From Azolla caroliniana (lineage: Eukaryota; Plantae; Polypodiophyta), in assembly GCA_043228905.1 (NCBI GenBank), contig JBHGNT010000020.1:3596001-3660000 (forward strand): a stretch of 64,000 bases of DNA, given 5' to 3'. Both the position numbers and the translations under genes were made by a program. Positions 12,401 to 26,796 of this stretch are shown here, piece by piece (within the stretch, counting starts at the first letter, position 1; every line of letters begins with the position of its first letter). The notes under the pieces were generated by a model. It was given only the letters and a program-made list of their open reading frames with translations, did not search any database and was not told the DNA's origin.

Positions 12401-13016
12401 GAATATGAAGACGATCACTTCGACGGCAACGAATCGACTCATTCACTCGATAGTGAGTTCGATGGCTTTGATGTGTCTCTTACGAGGTCACCTGGAGTTG
12501 AGAAAGCACTCACATCAGCAAAGGAGAAACTCCGTCACTCCACCCGAGAGAAGAATCCAGTTAGCCGATTCGGCTACAACGACTCTATGGCATACCACTA
12601 TGCCTTTATGATGAAGGTGACAATAGTTCGAGAACCGGAGAGCTTTGCTGAAGCTGCTAAAGATCCGCGATGGGTCGAAGCGATGGACAAGGAGATGCAA
12701 GCTCTCAACAAGAATGAGACATGGGATCTCGTCCCTCACTCACCGCACAAGAAGGCAATCGATTGCAGATGGATATACAAAGTGATGTATAATGCCGACG
12801 GTTCTGTCAACCGCTACAAAGCTCGACTCATAGCAAAGGGCTACGCACAAACACAGAGCGTCGACTATGAAGAGACCTTTGCCATGGTGGCAAAGATGAC
12901 AACTGTGCGAACCATGATCGCACTTGCAGCGGCGAAAGAGTGGCACCTCCACCAGATGGACGTCAAAAACGTCTTTCTTCAAGATGAATTAGAAGAGGAG
13001 GTGTACACGATTCAAC

Positions 13017-16000
13017 TGTAGGGAATGAACAAGGCCGTCAGTGCGGAAGAGATCACACAGTATGAAACTGTGAGGAAGAAATACCTGCGTATGAGAAAGG
13101 CAAGAACAAAATACAGAGAGAGAGAGAGAGAGGCACAAAGAATATATCTATATTCATAAAAGGGCAACAACTACAACAATGAACAACCAACATTTACAAA
13201 AGGTTAGAAAGTCACTTTATATAGTGACTCATTTAGGGCAACTGCCCTTTATGTTATTTACAGAAATAGCCCGAACTTGGGCTCTCTAAGAGGATAGTGT
13301 GAATACGTCCATTATACATTTGTATTCAACACTCCCCCGTAATGGGCGTATACATGGGTTATCTAAAAAGTACGGGTATAGGCATAGGTTCTCGGACAGC
13401 TCGGTTTTGTTCGAATCGGCATGATCCGTAGACAGAAGACCGAACTGGTCGGGTCGGAAAAGCTGAAGCCGATCGTCAATGAACCGATGTCTGTTGTCCG
13501 AAACCGTCCTGCACTATGTCCGGCTTCAACCGGACCGATATGTTGTTATGCCCATCTGTTGCCGAAGAGACCGGAACCGGTCTGTCGAAAGACACTTGGT
13601 CATTCCATCTGCGACATTATCGGTTGTGGATATCTTCTCTAAACCGATTTTCCCGGAAATGACGTAGTCCCGAACAAAGTGATATCGAACTTCGATATGC
13701 TTGGAGGCGTTGTGATGAACCGGATTTTTCGACAAAGCAACAACACTCCGACTGTTGTTGTAGACAACTGGAGCCGAGTCGGAGTCGACCTGCCGAAACG
13801 TGTGCGCTAGCCGACCGAGCCATAAAGCTTCTTTCGCTGCGTCGGAGGCAGCTACATATTCTGCTTCGGTCGTTGAGGTGGTTGTGCACTCTTGAAGTTT
13901 CGACTTCCACGAGATTGGTCCATTGCCGAATTTAAAGCAATATCAGGTTGTTGACTTGCGACTGTCCACACAGTCGGCGAAGTCCGAGTCGGTGTAACCG
14001 ACTACGCCTGAAGTTGAGTTCGGACCGAAAAGGATGCCGTGGTCTTTTGTGCTAGCTAAATATCTAAACACATGCTTGACTGCGTTCTAGTGCGATCGGC
14101 CGAGATTGTGCATAAATCTGCTGATGACTCCTACGGCGTGAGAAATATCAAGCCGTGTCGCGACCATCGCGTACATCAGAGAGCCTACTGCCGGTGCATA
14201 TGGTACTGACTTCATGTCTTCCCCCTCTGGACCGGATGTCGAGCAGTCTTCGTTGAGAAAGCCAAAGATGAACGGGGAGCGGGGTCGAAGCAGACTTGGC
14301 TGATTGCATGGTGAAGCGTTCCAAGACACGTCCGATGTAGTCGGTTTGAGACAAAAAAAGCTGTCTTTCGACGCGATTCCGACTAATCTTCATTCCGAGT
14401 ATGTGTCTTGCCGGACCGAGGTCCTTCATGGCAAAGTTCAATCGTAGTTTTCGAACGAGTTCGGTGAGCTCTTTGGTATGCCGATCGGAGAGTAGCATGT
14501 CGTCCACGTAGATGATGAGGAAGACGGGAGAACCGTCTTGAGCTGTTTTGGTGAAGAGGCAGTGGTCCTCATCGCTCTTGGAGAAGCCGGCTGACTGGAT
14601 GAAATCGTCGAACTTCTTGTACCACTGTCGGGGTGCCTGTTTCAGGCCGTAGAGACTCTCCCTGAGTCGGCAGACTAGATGTTCCTGACCGGTGGCCACA
14701 AAGCCTTTCGGCTGCTCCATGTAGATTTCCTCCTTTAGATCACCGTGGAGGAATGCCGTTTTCACATCCAGCTAAATCAACTCCAAATTGTCGGCAACCA
14801 TAACACTGAGCATGACAATAAGGGTGGTCATTTTCACCACTGGTGAAAAGATTTCGTCGAAGTCGATGCCATATTCCTGTCGAAATCCCTTCGCAACTAA
14901 TCTGGCCTTGTACTTTGGAGTGGTCGAGTTGGACATCTCCTTTAGCCTATAGACCCACTTGCAAGGAAGAGCACGTCGATTATTCGGTAAGTCAACCAGA
15001 TCCCAAGTCTTGTTGGCGCGGATGGAGTGCATTTCCGACTCCATTGCCAGATGCCAGGTGGCTGAATCGGCAGCTGCCGATGCTTCTTTGTAGGACGTCG
15101 GTTTGCCAGCGTCGGTGAAGAAAATTCCGGGAGAGTACCTCTCCGGAGGTTGGACAATCTCTCGGATCTTCGAGGTATGACTAGATTGGTCGCACTGGGT
15201 GTCGATGTCGGATGGTCGGAAGCCGAGCCATTCGGCTGTGCCGAATCTGTGGATTCGGTGCGAGAGAAGTCGGTTACCCGTGAAACTGGTCTCGTGTTGT
15301 GTGATGGGCCGTCATGAAGGGTTGGCACTTCGGAAAATATTACCCTTCGGACTTCAATAGGCCTTTCGGCCGTTTTCTGCATAGTCGACTCGTTGAACAC
15401 GATGTCCAAACTTCAGACGATTTGCCTGTGCTCGGGGTCCCAGAGTCGGTATCCGATCTCGCCGTCGGGTCCATACCCGAGGAAAACGCATTTCCTTGAT
15501 CTCGGTTCAAGTTTTCGGCGGTCGTCTTTCGGTATGAGGGCGTATGCCTCGCAACCGAAAATCCTCAGCTTATCATAATTCGGCTTTCTGCCGGTCCATA
15601 TTTCCTGAGGTATCTTAAGTCCTAGAGGTCTACTTGGCGACATATTGATTATGTGTACTGCCGTGAGTAGAGCCTCTACCCAGAAGCCATCCGACAGTCC
15701 GGAGTGTTGGAGCATGGATACAACGCGTTCTTGAATCGTCCAATTCATGCATTTTGTGATTCCGTTCTGCTCCGGACTATATGGTGCCGTATATTCACGT
15801 CTAATGCTGCGTTCTCGGCAAAATTTGACGAATTCATCAGATTTGAACTCACCTCCATTGTCGGTTCGGAGACACTTCAGTTTCCGACCGGTCTGGTTTT
15901 CGACCATTGCGAGCCAATCAGAGAAGATCGAGGACACCCGATCTTTGGTTCTTATGGGGTAAGCCCACACCTTCCGAGTCGAGTCGTCAATGAAACTGTC

Positions 16001-18200
16001 GAAGTACGAGGCACCACCGAGTGATTGATGTGGCATCGGGCCACAGACGTCCGAGTGGACCAAATCGAGCGGGCTCGACTCTCTTGGTGCTGATGTCGGG
16101 TGTGATGTGGCTACCTGTTTGCCGTACTGGCAATGCTCGCAAAACTGATGGTCTGAGAAGGAGAGTTTCGGGATGTATCCGGCTCTGGATAGGTGCGTGA
16201 TGCCGGCCTTGCTGAGGTGTCCAAGTCGTCCATGCCATAAGGATGACACAAGGATATCTACCAGAAATAAGTCACCCTCTCTGAGTGTGACATACAAAGG
16301 GTACAATGAGTGTACCTTTGGTCCTCTAGGAGGCAAGAGGTTCCCTCTGTGGAGTGTCCACCCTCCTGATGAGAAACCAGCACGGATGCCAACTTCATCA
16401 AGTTGTCCGACGGAGATAAAGGGTCGTGAGAGCTCAGGAACGTGTCAGACGTTGTGTAGTACGAGTGTAGAGCCACCGGAAGGTTGAGCTCTACAGTGCC
16501 GATTCCGATGATAGCACAGTGCTGCGAATTTCCGACTCGAACTGAGTCGGAGTGCCAGTCCGAATATTGCCGAAACTGTGATCGGTGAGGTGTCACGTGA
16601 TACGACGCGCCCGAGTCCAGAAGCCATGTGCTCGATTCCTCAGTCGTAAGTAGAACTTCTGATTCGACTGGATTCTCTATGGACAATATGTTCGGGTCGG
16701 TCGTCAATATCTCGGCTGAAGAGCCGACGTAGTTGACTTCCTCATGCCGGTTACTCCTCTGATCAGCTCTCTGAGCTTTGTCTGTCTTTGACTTGAGTAC
16801 CCGACAGTCAGCCTTGATGTGTCCCGGTTTCTTGCAGTAGTTGCAGATTTAGGTTTCCTGGGACTTGCTGCGGCTTCACTGATTTGTCGGCGGTCGGGAA
16901 GAACTTCTTCCCCGGTTGTTCTATCGGTCGGTCGAACCTTGTACTACATAGGCTTCTTCTGCCGAGTCTTTGGTGAAAGACTTTCTCTGAGCTGCTTCAG
17001 TCAGGATTGCACTTGTGACTTCGGAGTACTTGATGGCAGTCGTAGAAGCGTTGCACACAGTTGTAACGAAGGTTTCCCAAGAGGAGGGGAGACTGCTCAT
17101 GAGTATCATTGCTTTGAGTTCATCCTCGATTGTCGTCCCCTATGACGAGATTTGGGAGCTCAAACTTTCGTACTCATTAAGGTGTGCCTGAACCGAATCG
17201 GAGTCTATCATCCGCAAGTTGTAGAGGTGCCGGATCAAATACATCTTCATTGAGGTGACCTTCTTTTCGTAGGTTTCGGACAGGTTCTTCCAAAGTTCGA
17301 AGGTTGTCCTGCACGATTGCAATGTGAAGTACACTGACTCCGATAGGTGCATCCAAATCGTGGCGTGGACGATTCTGTCCAGCTTCTGCCACTCATTTGC
17401 CTTGTATATTTCTGGAGCAGTTTCATTCTCAATCGGATCGATTTGACCCTTGACTATAAAATAGTCCTGCATTTGCTCCTTCCAAAAATTGAAGTTCGAA
17501 CCATCGAACCTCCTTAGACTCATTTCCGATGAGCCGGATGTTGATGCCATCAGATTCGGTTTCGGTTGACGAAGCTCGGTTCGGAATTGACTACGAACTT
17601 TGTTGGAGTGCAGCCAGTCGGCTCACCTGATATCGTTCTAGTCGGATTTGAACCCGAGTCGGTTCGGTTTTGGATATATGTATTATTGAACTTGCTCGAA
17701 TTGACTCTGGTAACTTGAGGGACAAAACCGACTGGTCTTCCCGAATGTTGCCGAGTCGGAGTGAGCCCAGTTCGCTTCCAAATATATATGCCAAATACCG
17801 ATTATTGAAACTGATTGTCTAGACTGATTCTGCTTCGAGTGACTGTAGCGACGAGAGAGACGGATCCAATTGATCCTCCCGAATGTAGCGACGAGAGAGA
17901 CCGATCTGCACCGAGTGGTTACAACGGGCGGCGAGCAGCGTTCGGTGACCTGTTCGGATGTCGTTTAACCGAGTGGAGCACGATTGTGTCAATGTTGCAC
18001 AAGGGGATTTCACCTCGAGCGGTTACGATCACGAGGAACAGATTACAGCCGGCTGGCTTACTCCAAGCGAAGATGATCTAACGCGATGAGATGCAAGCCT
18101 CGTTTTTCTTCTTCTTCTCTCTTCTCTGTTTCTTCAAATACAAAACAAAAAAAACAGAATGTTGTGATCCAAAGATTCGAATGGCGGCCGGCAACGGGAT
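13017..18200 (-). mobile_element. Ty1/copia F1, degenerate paralogue of F2, 5' LTR and PBS deleted
   Basis: 3' LTR 13017-13331; PPT (CTCCCCC on +) from 13332. Gag MASTSGSSEMSLRRFDGSNFNFWKEQMQDY at 17550; WLLDSGAS, VHSDVCGP, YVDDML and HIEVRYHF with stops and frameshifts. Inserted in A RT after VYTIQ; the right junction fuses to A RT (DINKVKSLL). Confidence 0.9.
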
Positions 18201-21200
18201 GGACATCAACAAGGTCAAATCCCTCCTTTTCAACAAATTCGAGATGACAGACATGAAAGAGCTCCACTACTTCCTTGGCATCGAGGTAATTCGGACTCCA
18301 GCTGGGATTATGATCTCTCAACGACACTACATTCTCAACTTGTTATTCAAGTTCAGGATGACTGAGTGCAAGTCTGTAGCAACATCTCTCAACTGAAACC
18401 TCAAACTAAATGTCAATTCTGGCACCATAGAGTGTGAGCTGACTCAATATCAATAACTGATCGGTAGTCTTATCTACCACACGATCACTCGATCATAACT
18501 GAGCTATTCAGTCGGCCTTCTTAGCCAGTTCATGCAAACACCACAAGATATCCATTTGGATTGTGCTAAGAGAGTGGTACGATACGTGAGCAAAACAATG
18601 GACTATGGCATTCTCTATAAGTTGGCCACGCCAATTCAACTCGAGGGGTACACGGATGTTGACTGGGTAGGCTACAAAGCCGATCGACGATCAACCTCTG
18701 GTTTCGTCTTCTCCCTTGGAAGTGGAGCCATCTCTTGGAGTAGCAAGAAGCAACCAACTGTCGCTCTTTTGAGCACAGAGGCCAAATACAGGGGCGTGGC
18801 GGTGGCTACATGTGAAGTCGTATGGCTTAAGAGGATATTGAAGGATCTGGGCGTTCCCATCAAAGATCCAATTCCCCTTTACTGCGACAACATGAGCAGT
18901 ATTTATTTGGCTCGGAACCCGGTGTTCCACGCACGCACGAACCATATCAAAGTGCACTATCACTTCATTCGAGAGCGCGTTCAGGTTGGTGATGTCGACC
19001 TTCAACATATCACTACGAATCTTTAGACATGTTAGGATTTCGGTCCCTCCGAATGGGATACAAGTACCCGGCAACGGAAGACCCGGTGAGAACCGGATGA
19101 GGAGTACCCGGCAACGGAAGATCCGGTGAGAACCAGATGAGGAGTACCCGGCAATGGAAGATCCGGTGAGAACCGGATGATGCAGGCCCGGTGAGAACCT
19201 CTCATCGGATGAAGGGACATATATGTAAATATGTTCTAGAGAGCCCACTAGGGTTATATTTGTAAATAGCCCGAAAGTCATATTAGTATAAATATGACCT
19301 AGGGCAAACAATATCTAGAGAATTTTGGTGTTGTTATATTGTTGTAATTGTTGTACAACAATTGTTGTAATTGTTATTGTTGTTATATTGTTGTAATTGT
19401 TGTAATTGCTGTAGAGGGAGTGATATAGAGAGTGTGTCTCTACTGTAACCGTCGCCAGGCGAAGGTTGAAAGCAAGAGGTTGTTGCCTCTGTGCTCCTTG
19501 TTGTATTCCTTGACATAGTGATTGTTTGGATTCTATGGGCTCCCATGGTTTTTCCCTCTCAGGGTTTTCCACGTTAACATATTGTGTACCCCCTCTCTCA
19601 CAATGTCCATGTATATGAGCATTTACTTTCATTGCCCATTTCTTCTGTGGTTGTGATTCTAACGAAGTGATTGAAGGCTCGGTTGTGGCCGAGCATTATT
19701 CCGCATATTCTTCACAATCTGGTATCAGAGCGAATCGACACAGAAAAATGGATGGTTCGTTGGGAGGCATGTTCAAGCTCACCGGCTCCAACTACTCAGT
19801 GTGGAAGTCAAAGATGAGGGACATGCTTGTGGTTAAAGATCTTTGGTTGCCGGTTCAGTTCCGGGACAAGAGACCGGACAAGATCGATGCCACAACATGG
19901 GAGGTGATGCACATGAAGACAACGACATACATCCGGTGTTTCATCGACATGAGCCTGTACAACAACTTCAATGAAGAGAGCAAGGCTCATGAGCTCTGGG
20001 AGAAGATTGACATTATGTTTCAGAACAAAAATGTTGTAAATCGGGTATCGGTGTTTCGAAAGCTAGTGTGGCTCCGGTACCAAGATGGCTCCAGTATGGC
20101 AGAGCACATGAATGCCTTCCAAGGGCTGATTCACCAGGCAACATCGTTGGAAGTACCTCTCGCCGATGAGGTACTAGCATTGCTCCTGCTCGGTTTCCTC
20201 GCCGTTAGTTGTCACTTTGGGCAACGCCGGTCCGGAAGGGAAACAACTATCCCTAGCAAGGGTCAAGTCGAGCTTGCTAGATGAGGAGGCACGTCGGAAA
20301 GACAAGGATACGAGCTCTGACTCCAAAGCGCTCCTTACCAAATTGGAACGCGGGAGACAAAGGTACCGTGGTCTCCAGAACCGGGAAAAGTCGGGGACAC
20401 GGTCAAAGTCAAGGGGGAGGCCTACTTGCTTCTATTGCGGCAAGCCGGGACACTTCTAGAAGAACTATTGGCATTTTCGGAAAGACAAGGAAACCGACAC
20501 TATTGATTCGAAGCGGTCACCGGATAGGAACGGTAAAGACCAGAGGGGGCCAGACCGGAAGGGAACGACGGCAATCGCGGCAAGTGTAGTGGAGTTGATG
20601 CTCATCACCGAGGAGAGTGAGTTGAACCTTGCCGGAGAGACAATGTGGGTTGTTGACTTCGGAGCGTCGTTCCACCTTACCCTGGACCGAAAATGTTTCT
20701 CATCCTACACAGCCGGTGAGCATGGCTGTGTCCGGATGGGGAATGAAGGTACATGCCAAATTGTCGGCATAGTAGACGTGTGGTTGACAACACCAACCGG
20801 ATGCAAGCTGCTGCTGAAGGATGTCTGACATGTTCCGGAGATTCGACTAAACCTGATATCAGCCGGTCGGCTAGATGATGAAGGCTACACGAGTAGCATC
20901 CGGAACGGTGTCATGAAGTTCAGCAAGGGGAGCCTGATAGTGGCTTGGGCAGGGAAGGTCAACACATTGTACCTGATGAATGCCCGGTTATGCCCGGAAG
21001 ATGTGAACGTTGCATCTGACACTACTGGTGAGCTGTGGCATAAGAGACTGTGTCACATGAGCGAGAAGGGGATGAAGAGGCTTGCCGAAGACAACCTCAT
21101 TCCGGTGAAGAATGTGCATCTTGAGGGGTGCACCAACTGCTTGGCCGGTAAGCAAAACCGGACCTCTTTCCGATCAAGGTCACCGATGAGATGTAATGCA

Positions 21201-21282
21201 CCACTGGAGTTGGTGCATACTGACGTGTGTCAAGTGGACACAAAGTCACATGCCGAAGTGCAGTACTTTGTGACGTTAATAG

Positions 21283-24200
21283 TGTCGAATACAAGTGTAT
21301 AATGGACGTATTCACACTATCCCTTGTATAGCTCTAGTTTGGGCCATTTGTGTAATTAGCGTAAAGGGTAGTTGCCCTAAGTCGGTCACTATATAAAGTG
21401 ACCTAGTAACCTCTTTGTAAGGTTGGGTGTTGTATTATTGTTTCTATTGAATAGAAAATCTTTTGTGCCTTTCTCTCTCTCTCTCTCTCTGTGCACGATC
21501 TTGGAAACTGCCATACGCAGGTAATCAGCACGAATCGAATGCTACTTGATCTTCAACATTGACGACATTGTCTCCAACATCTGGTATCAGAGCCTGCACA
21601 GTATTCGGTCCTTCAATCCGCTGTCGGCCGTCGTCTCAGCCTGCACAACATTCGGTTTCCTGCGTCGTTCGAAGAAGAGAGAAGAAGAAGAAAAACGAGG
21701 CTTGCATCTCATCGCGTTAGATCATCTTCGCTTGGAGTAAGCCAGCCGGTTGTACTCTGTTCCTTGTGATCGTAACCGCTCGAGGTGAAATCCCCTTGTG
21801 CAACATTGACACGATCGTGCTCCACTCGGTTAAACGGCATCCGAAGAGGTCATCAAACGCTGCTCGCCGCTCATTGTAACCACTCGGTGCAGATCGGTCT
21901 CAAGACAACAACCCCAATTCGTGCTTCATCCGGCTGATCGACATTCGGGAGGATCAGTTGGATCCGTCTCTCTCGTCGCTGCAGTCACCCGAAGCAGAAT
22001 CGGTCCAGACAATCGGTTTCAATAATCGGCATCTGGCATATATATTCGGAAGCGAACCGGGCTCACTCCGACTCGGCAACATTCGGGAAGACCAGTCGGT
22101 TCTGTCCCTCAAGTTACCGGAGTCAATTCGAGCAAGTTCAACAGTACATATATCCGAAGCCGAACCGACTCGGGTCCAAATCCGACTAGAACGATATCGG
22201 GTGAGCCAACCGGCTGCACTCCAACAAGGTTCGTAGTCAACTCCGAACCGAGCTTCGTCAACCGAAACCAAATTTGATGGCATCAACATCCGGCTCGTCA
22301 GAAATGAGTCTACGAAAGTTCGATGGATCGAACTTCAACTTCTGGAAGGAGCAAATGCAGGACTATCTCATAGTGAAGGGGCAAATCGATCCCATCGAAA
22401 ATGAAGAACCTCCAGAAGGATACAAACCAATTGAGTGGCAGAAGCTGGACAGAATCGTCCGCGCCACGATTCGGATGCACCTATCGGAATCGGTATACTT
22501 TACGGTGCAATCGTGTACGACAGCATTCGAACTGTGGAAAACACTGTCGGACACCTACGAAAAGAAGGTCGCTGCAACGAAGATGTTTCTGATCCGGCGC
22601 CTCTACAACTTGCGGATGAAAGAATCCGATTCGGTTCAAGCACATCTCAATGAGTACGAAAGCATAAGCTCCCAAATCTCATCTCAGGGGACGGCAATAG
22701 AGGATGAACTCAGAGCAATGATACTCATGAGCAGCCTTCCCTCATCATGGGAAACTTTCGTCACAACCGTGTGCAACGCGTCAACCACGGCTGTTAAATA
22801 CTCCGAAGTCACGAGCGCAATCCTGACCGAAGCAGCTCGGAGAAAGTCTTTCGCCAAAGACTCAACAGACGACGCTTATGTAGTACAAGGTTCGACAGAC
22901 CGATCGAACATACGAGGAAGAGATTCCTCACGGCAGCCGAACAATCAGCGAAGACGGAGCCAGTCACGGGATAATCGAATCTGCAACTATTGCAAGAAAC
23001 CCGGACACATCAAAGCCGACTGCCGCGCACTCAAGAACAAGAACGACAAGTCTCAGAAATCAGACAAGAAGAGTGGCCGGCATGAGGAGATCAATTACGT
23101 CAGCTTCTCAGCTGATGTGCTACCAAACGACCCGAATATACTATCAATCGAAAATCCAGTCGGATCAGCAGTTCTGCTCATGACTGAAGAATCGAGCACA
23201 TGGCTCTTAGATTCGGGCGTGTCATTTCACGTGACTCCTCATCGATCCCAATTTCGGCAATATACGATCCGTCACTCCGACTCAGTTCGAGTCGGCAACT
23301 CGCAACACTGTGACATCATTGGAATCGGCACAGTAGAGCTCAACCTTGCAGGTGGCTCTACGCTTGTACTTCACAATGTCCGACATGTACCCGAGCTCTC
23401 AAGGCCATTGATCTCAGTCGGACAACTAGATGAAGACGGCATTCGTGCCGGTTTTTCTTCGGGAGGGTGGACACTCCACAGGGGGAACCTCCTGCTTGCT
23501 AGAGGACCCAAGATACACTCACTGTATCCGTTACATGTTACGCTCAGAGAGGGTAACCTGTTTTTGGTGGATATTCCTGTGTCATCACTATGGCACAGAA
23601 GATTAGGACACCTCAGCAAGGCCGGCATTACGCACCTATCTAGAGCCGGATACATCCCTAAACTCTCCTTCTCGGACCATCAATTCTGCGAACACTGCCA
23701 GTATGGCAAACAAGCAGCCGCATCACACCCGACATCAGCACCAAGAGAAACGAGACCTCTCGATTTAGTCCACTCGGACGTCTGTGGCCCAATGCCGCAT
23801 CAGTCTCTCGGCGGTGCCTCTTACTTCGTCAGTTTTATTGACGATTCGACTCGAAAGGTGTGGGCTTATCCAATTCGCACCAAAGATCGTGTCTTCTCGA
23901 TCTTCTCCGATTGGCTCGCTATGGTAGAAAATCAAACCGACCGAAAACTGAAATGCTTTCGGACCGACAATGGGGGAGAGTTCAAATCAGAAGAATTCGT
24001 CAAATTCTGCCGACAACGCGGCATCCGACGTGAATTTACGGCACCACACAGTCCGGAGCAAAACGGGATTGCAGAACGAATGAATCGGACAATCCAAGAA
24101 CGGATAGTTTCCATGCTCCAACACTCCGGACTGTCGGATGGCTTCTGGGCAGAGGCTCTACTCACGGCAGTACACATAATCAATATGTCGCCAAGCAGAC

Positions 24201-26796
24201 CTCTAGGACTTCAAATTCCTCAGGAACTATGGATCGGCAGTAAGCCGAATTACGACAAGCTGAGGATCTTCGGATGTGAGGCATACGCCCTTATTCCGAA
24301 AGATGATCGCCGAAAACTTGCACCTCGGTCCAGGAAATGCATTTTCCTCGGATATGGATCAGACGGCGAAATGGGATACCGACTCTGGGACCCCGAACGC
24401 AGACAAATCGTTCGAAGTTCGGACGTTGTGTTCAACGAGTCGGCTATGAATCCATCAGTCGAAAAACCGATCGAAGTCCGAAGGGTAACATTTTCCGATG
24501 TGCTGACCCTCCAAGAAGGCCCCGCTCTTAACACACGGTCAGCTTCACGGGTAGCTGAACCTTACACTACCGACTCGGACAACTCCGACTCGGCACAGCA
24601 GAATAATTCGCTTTCGGACCATCCGACCTCGATACCCGATACGACCAGTCCAATCATACCTCGACGATCCGAGAGACTGTCGCAACCTCCGGAGAGGTAT
24701 TCTCCTGGCATTTTCTTCACCGACGCCGGCGAACCGACGTCTTACGAAGAAGCATCGACATCTGTCGATTCCGCCACCTGGCATCTGGCGATGGAGTCGG
24801 AAATGCACTCCATTCGGGCAAACAAGACTTGGGATCTGGTCGAATTACCTAAGAATCGACGTGCTCTTCCTTGCAAGTGGGTTTATCGACTAAAAGAGAC
24901 GTCTGATTCGACCACCCCAAAGTACAAGGCCAGATTAGTTGCGAAGGGCTTCCGACAAGAATACGGCGTCGACTTCGACGAGATTTTTTCACCAGTGGTG
25001 AAAATGACAACCCTTCGTTTTCTACTCGGCGTAGTGGCAGCCGACAACTTGGGGCTGATTCAGCTAGATGTCAAAACAGCCTTCCTCCATGGTGATCTTG
25101 AAGAGGAAATTTATATGGAGCAGCCAAAAGGCTTCGTGGCAACTGGCCAAGAACATCTAGTCTGCCGACTCAGGAAGAGTCTATACGGCCTCAAATAGGC
25201 ACCGCGACAATGGTACAAGAAGTTCGACGACTTCATCCAATCGATCGGCTTCTCAAAAAGCGATGAGGACCATTGTCTTTTTACCAACACAGCTCAAGAT
25301 GGATCACCCATCTTCCTCATCATTTACGTGGACGACATGCTAATTTCTGGACGCCACGCGGGCGAACTTGCCGATCTCATTCGGCAACTGCGGTTGAAGT
25401 TTGCCATGAAGGACCTCGGTCCGGCACAACACATCCTTGGCATGAAGATTAGTCGGCATCGCGATAAACGACATCTTTTTTTGTCTCAGACCGACTACAT
25501 TGGACGTGTCTTGGAACGCTTCAACATGCAATCAGCCAAATCTGCTTCAACCCCGCTCCCCATGAATCTTCGGCTCTCTCAGCGAGACTGCCCGACATCC
25601 GGTCCGGAGGGGGAAGATATGAAGTCGGTACCGTATGCACCGGCAGTCGGCTCCCTTATGTACCTGATGGTCGCGACACGGCCTAATATTTCTCATGCCG
25701 TAGGAGTCGTTAGCAGATTTATGCACAATCCTGGCAGATCGCATTGGAACGCAGTCAAGCATGTGTTCAAATATCTGGCTGGCACAAAAGAACACGGCAT
25801 TCTTTTCGGTCCGAACTCAACCTCAGGCGTAGTCGGTTACACCGACTCGGACTTCGCCGGCTGTATAGATAGTCGGAAATCAACAACCGGATACTGCTTC
25901 AAATTCGGCAATGGAGCAATTTCGTGGAAGTCGAAACTTCAGGAGTGCACAGCGACCTCAACGACCGAAGCAGAATATGTAGCTGTGTCCGACGCTGCAA
26001 AAGAAGCTTTGTGGCTCGGCCGGCTGGCGCACACGTTTCGGCAAGTCGACCATGACTCGGCTCCAGTTGTCTACAGCGACAGTCAAGGTGCTGTTGCCTT
26101 GTCGAAAAATCCGGTTCACCACAACGCCTCCAAACATATCGACGTTCGATATCACTTCGTTCGGGACTGCGTCATTTCAGGGAAAATCGGTCTAGAGAAA
26201 ATATCCACAACCGACAATGTCGCAGATGGAATGACCAAGTGTCTTTCGGCAGACCGCTTTCGGTCCCTTCGGCATCAGATGGGCGTAACGACAAACCAGT
26301 CCGGTTAGAGCCGGACACAGCGCAGGATGGTTTCGGACAACCGACATCAGTTCCTTAATGATCGGCTTCAACTCTTCCGACCCGACCAGTCCGGTCTTCT
26401 GCCTTCGGACCCTGCCGACTCGAACAAAACGGATATGTCCGAGAACCTAGGTTCATACCTGTAATCTTAGATAACCCATGTATACGCCCATTACGGGGGA
26501 GTGTCGAATACAAGTGTATAATGGACGTATTCACACTATCCCTTGTATAGCTCTAGTTTGGGCCATTTGTGTAATTAGCGTAAAGGGTAGTTGCCCTAAG
26601 TCGGTCACTATATAAAGTGACCTAGTAACCTCTTTGTAAGGTTGGGTGTTGTATTATTGTTTCTATTGAATAGAAAATCTTTTGTGCCTCTCTCTCTCTC
26701 TCTCTCTGTGCACGATCTTGGAAACTGCCATACGCAGGTAATCAGCACGAATCGAATGCTACTTGATCTTCAACATTGACGACATTGTCTCCAACA
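21283..26796 (+). mobile_element. Ty1/copia F2, full-length and very recent
   Basis: LTRs 21283-21579 and 26502-26796 differ only by 2 bp at a CT tract as far as I can see. TSD AATAG; PBS TGGTATCAGAGC 21582-21593; PPT ACGGGGGAG. Removal restores I integrase YFVTLIDDHSRKLW. Confidence 0.97.
22277..26308 (+). pseudogene. Gag-Pol polyprotein of F2 with a single in-frame TAG at 25196-25198
   Basis: Gag, CNYCKKPGHIKADC, protease WLLDSG, integrase VHSDVCGP/RTDNGGEF, RT QLDVKTAFLHG and YVDDML, RNase H TDSDFAG. ORFs 22274-25198 and 25328-26308 share one frame; LK*APR replaces LKQAPR. Confidence 0.95.

Noticed and set aside
25196-25198. TAG as a programmed read-through site
   Set aside because: It lies inside the conserved RT motif LKQAPR, and F1 has CAG at this position; a simple C>T change.
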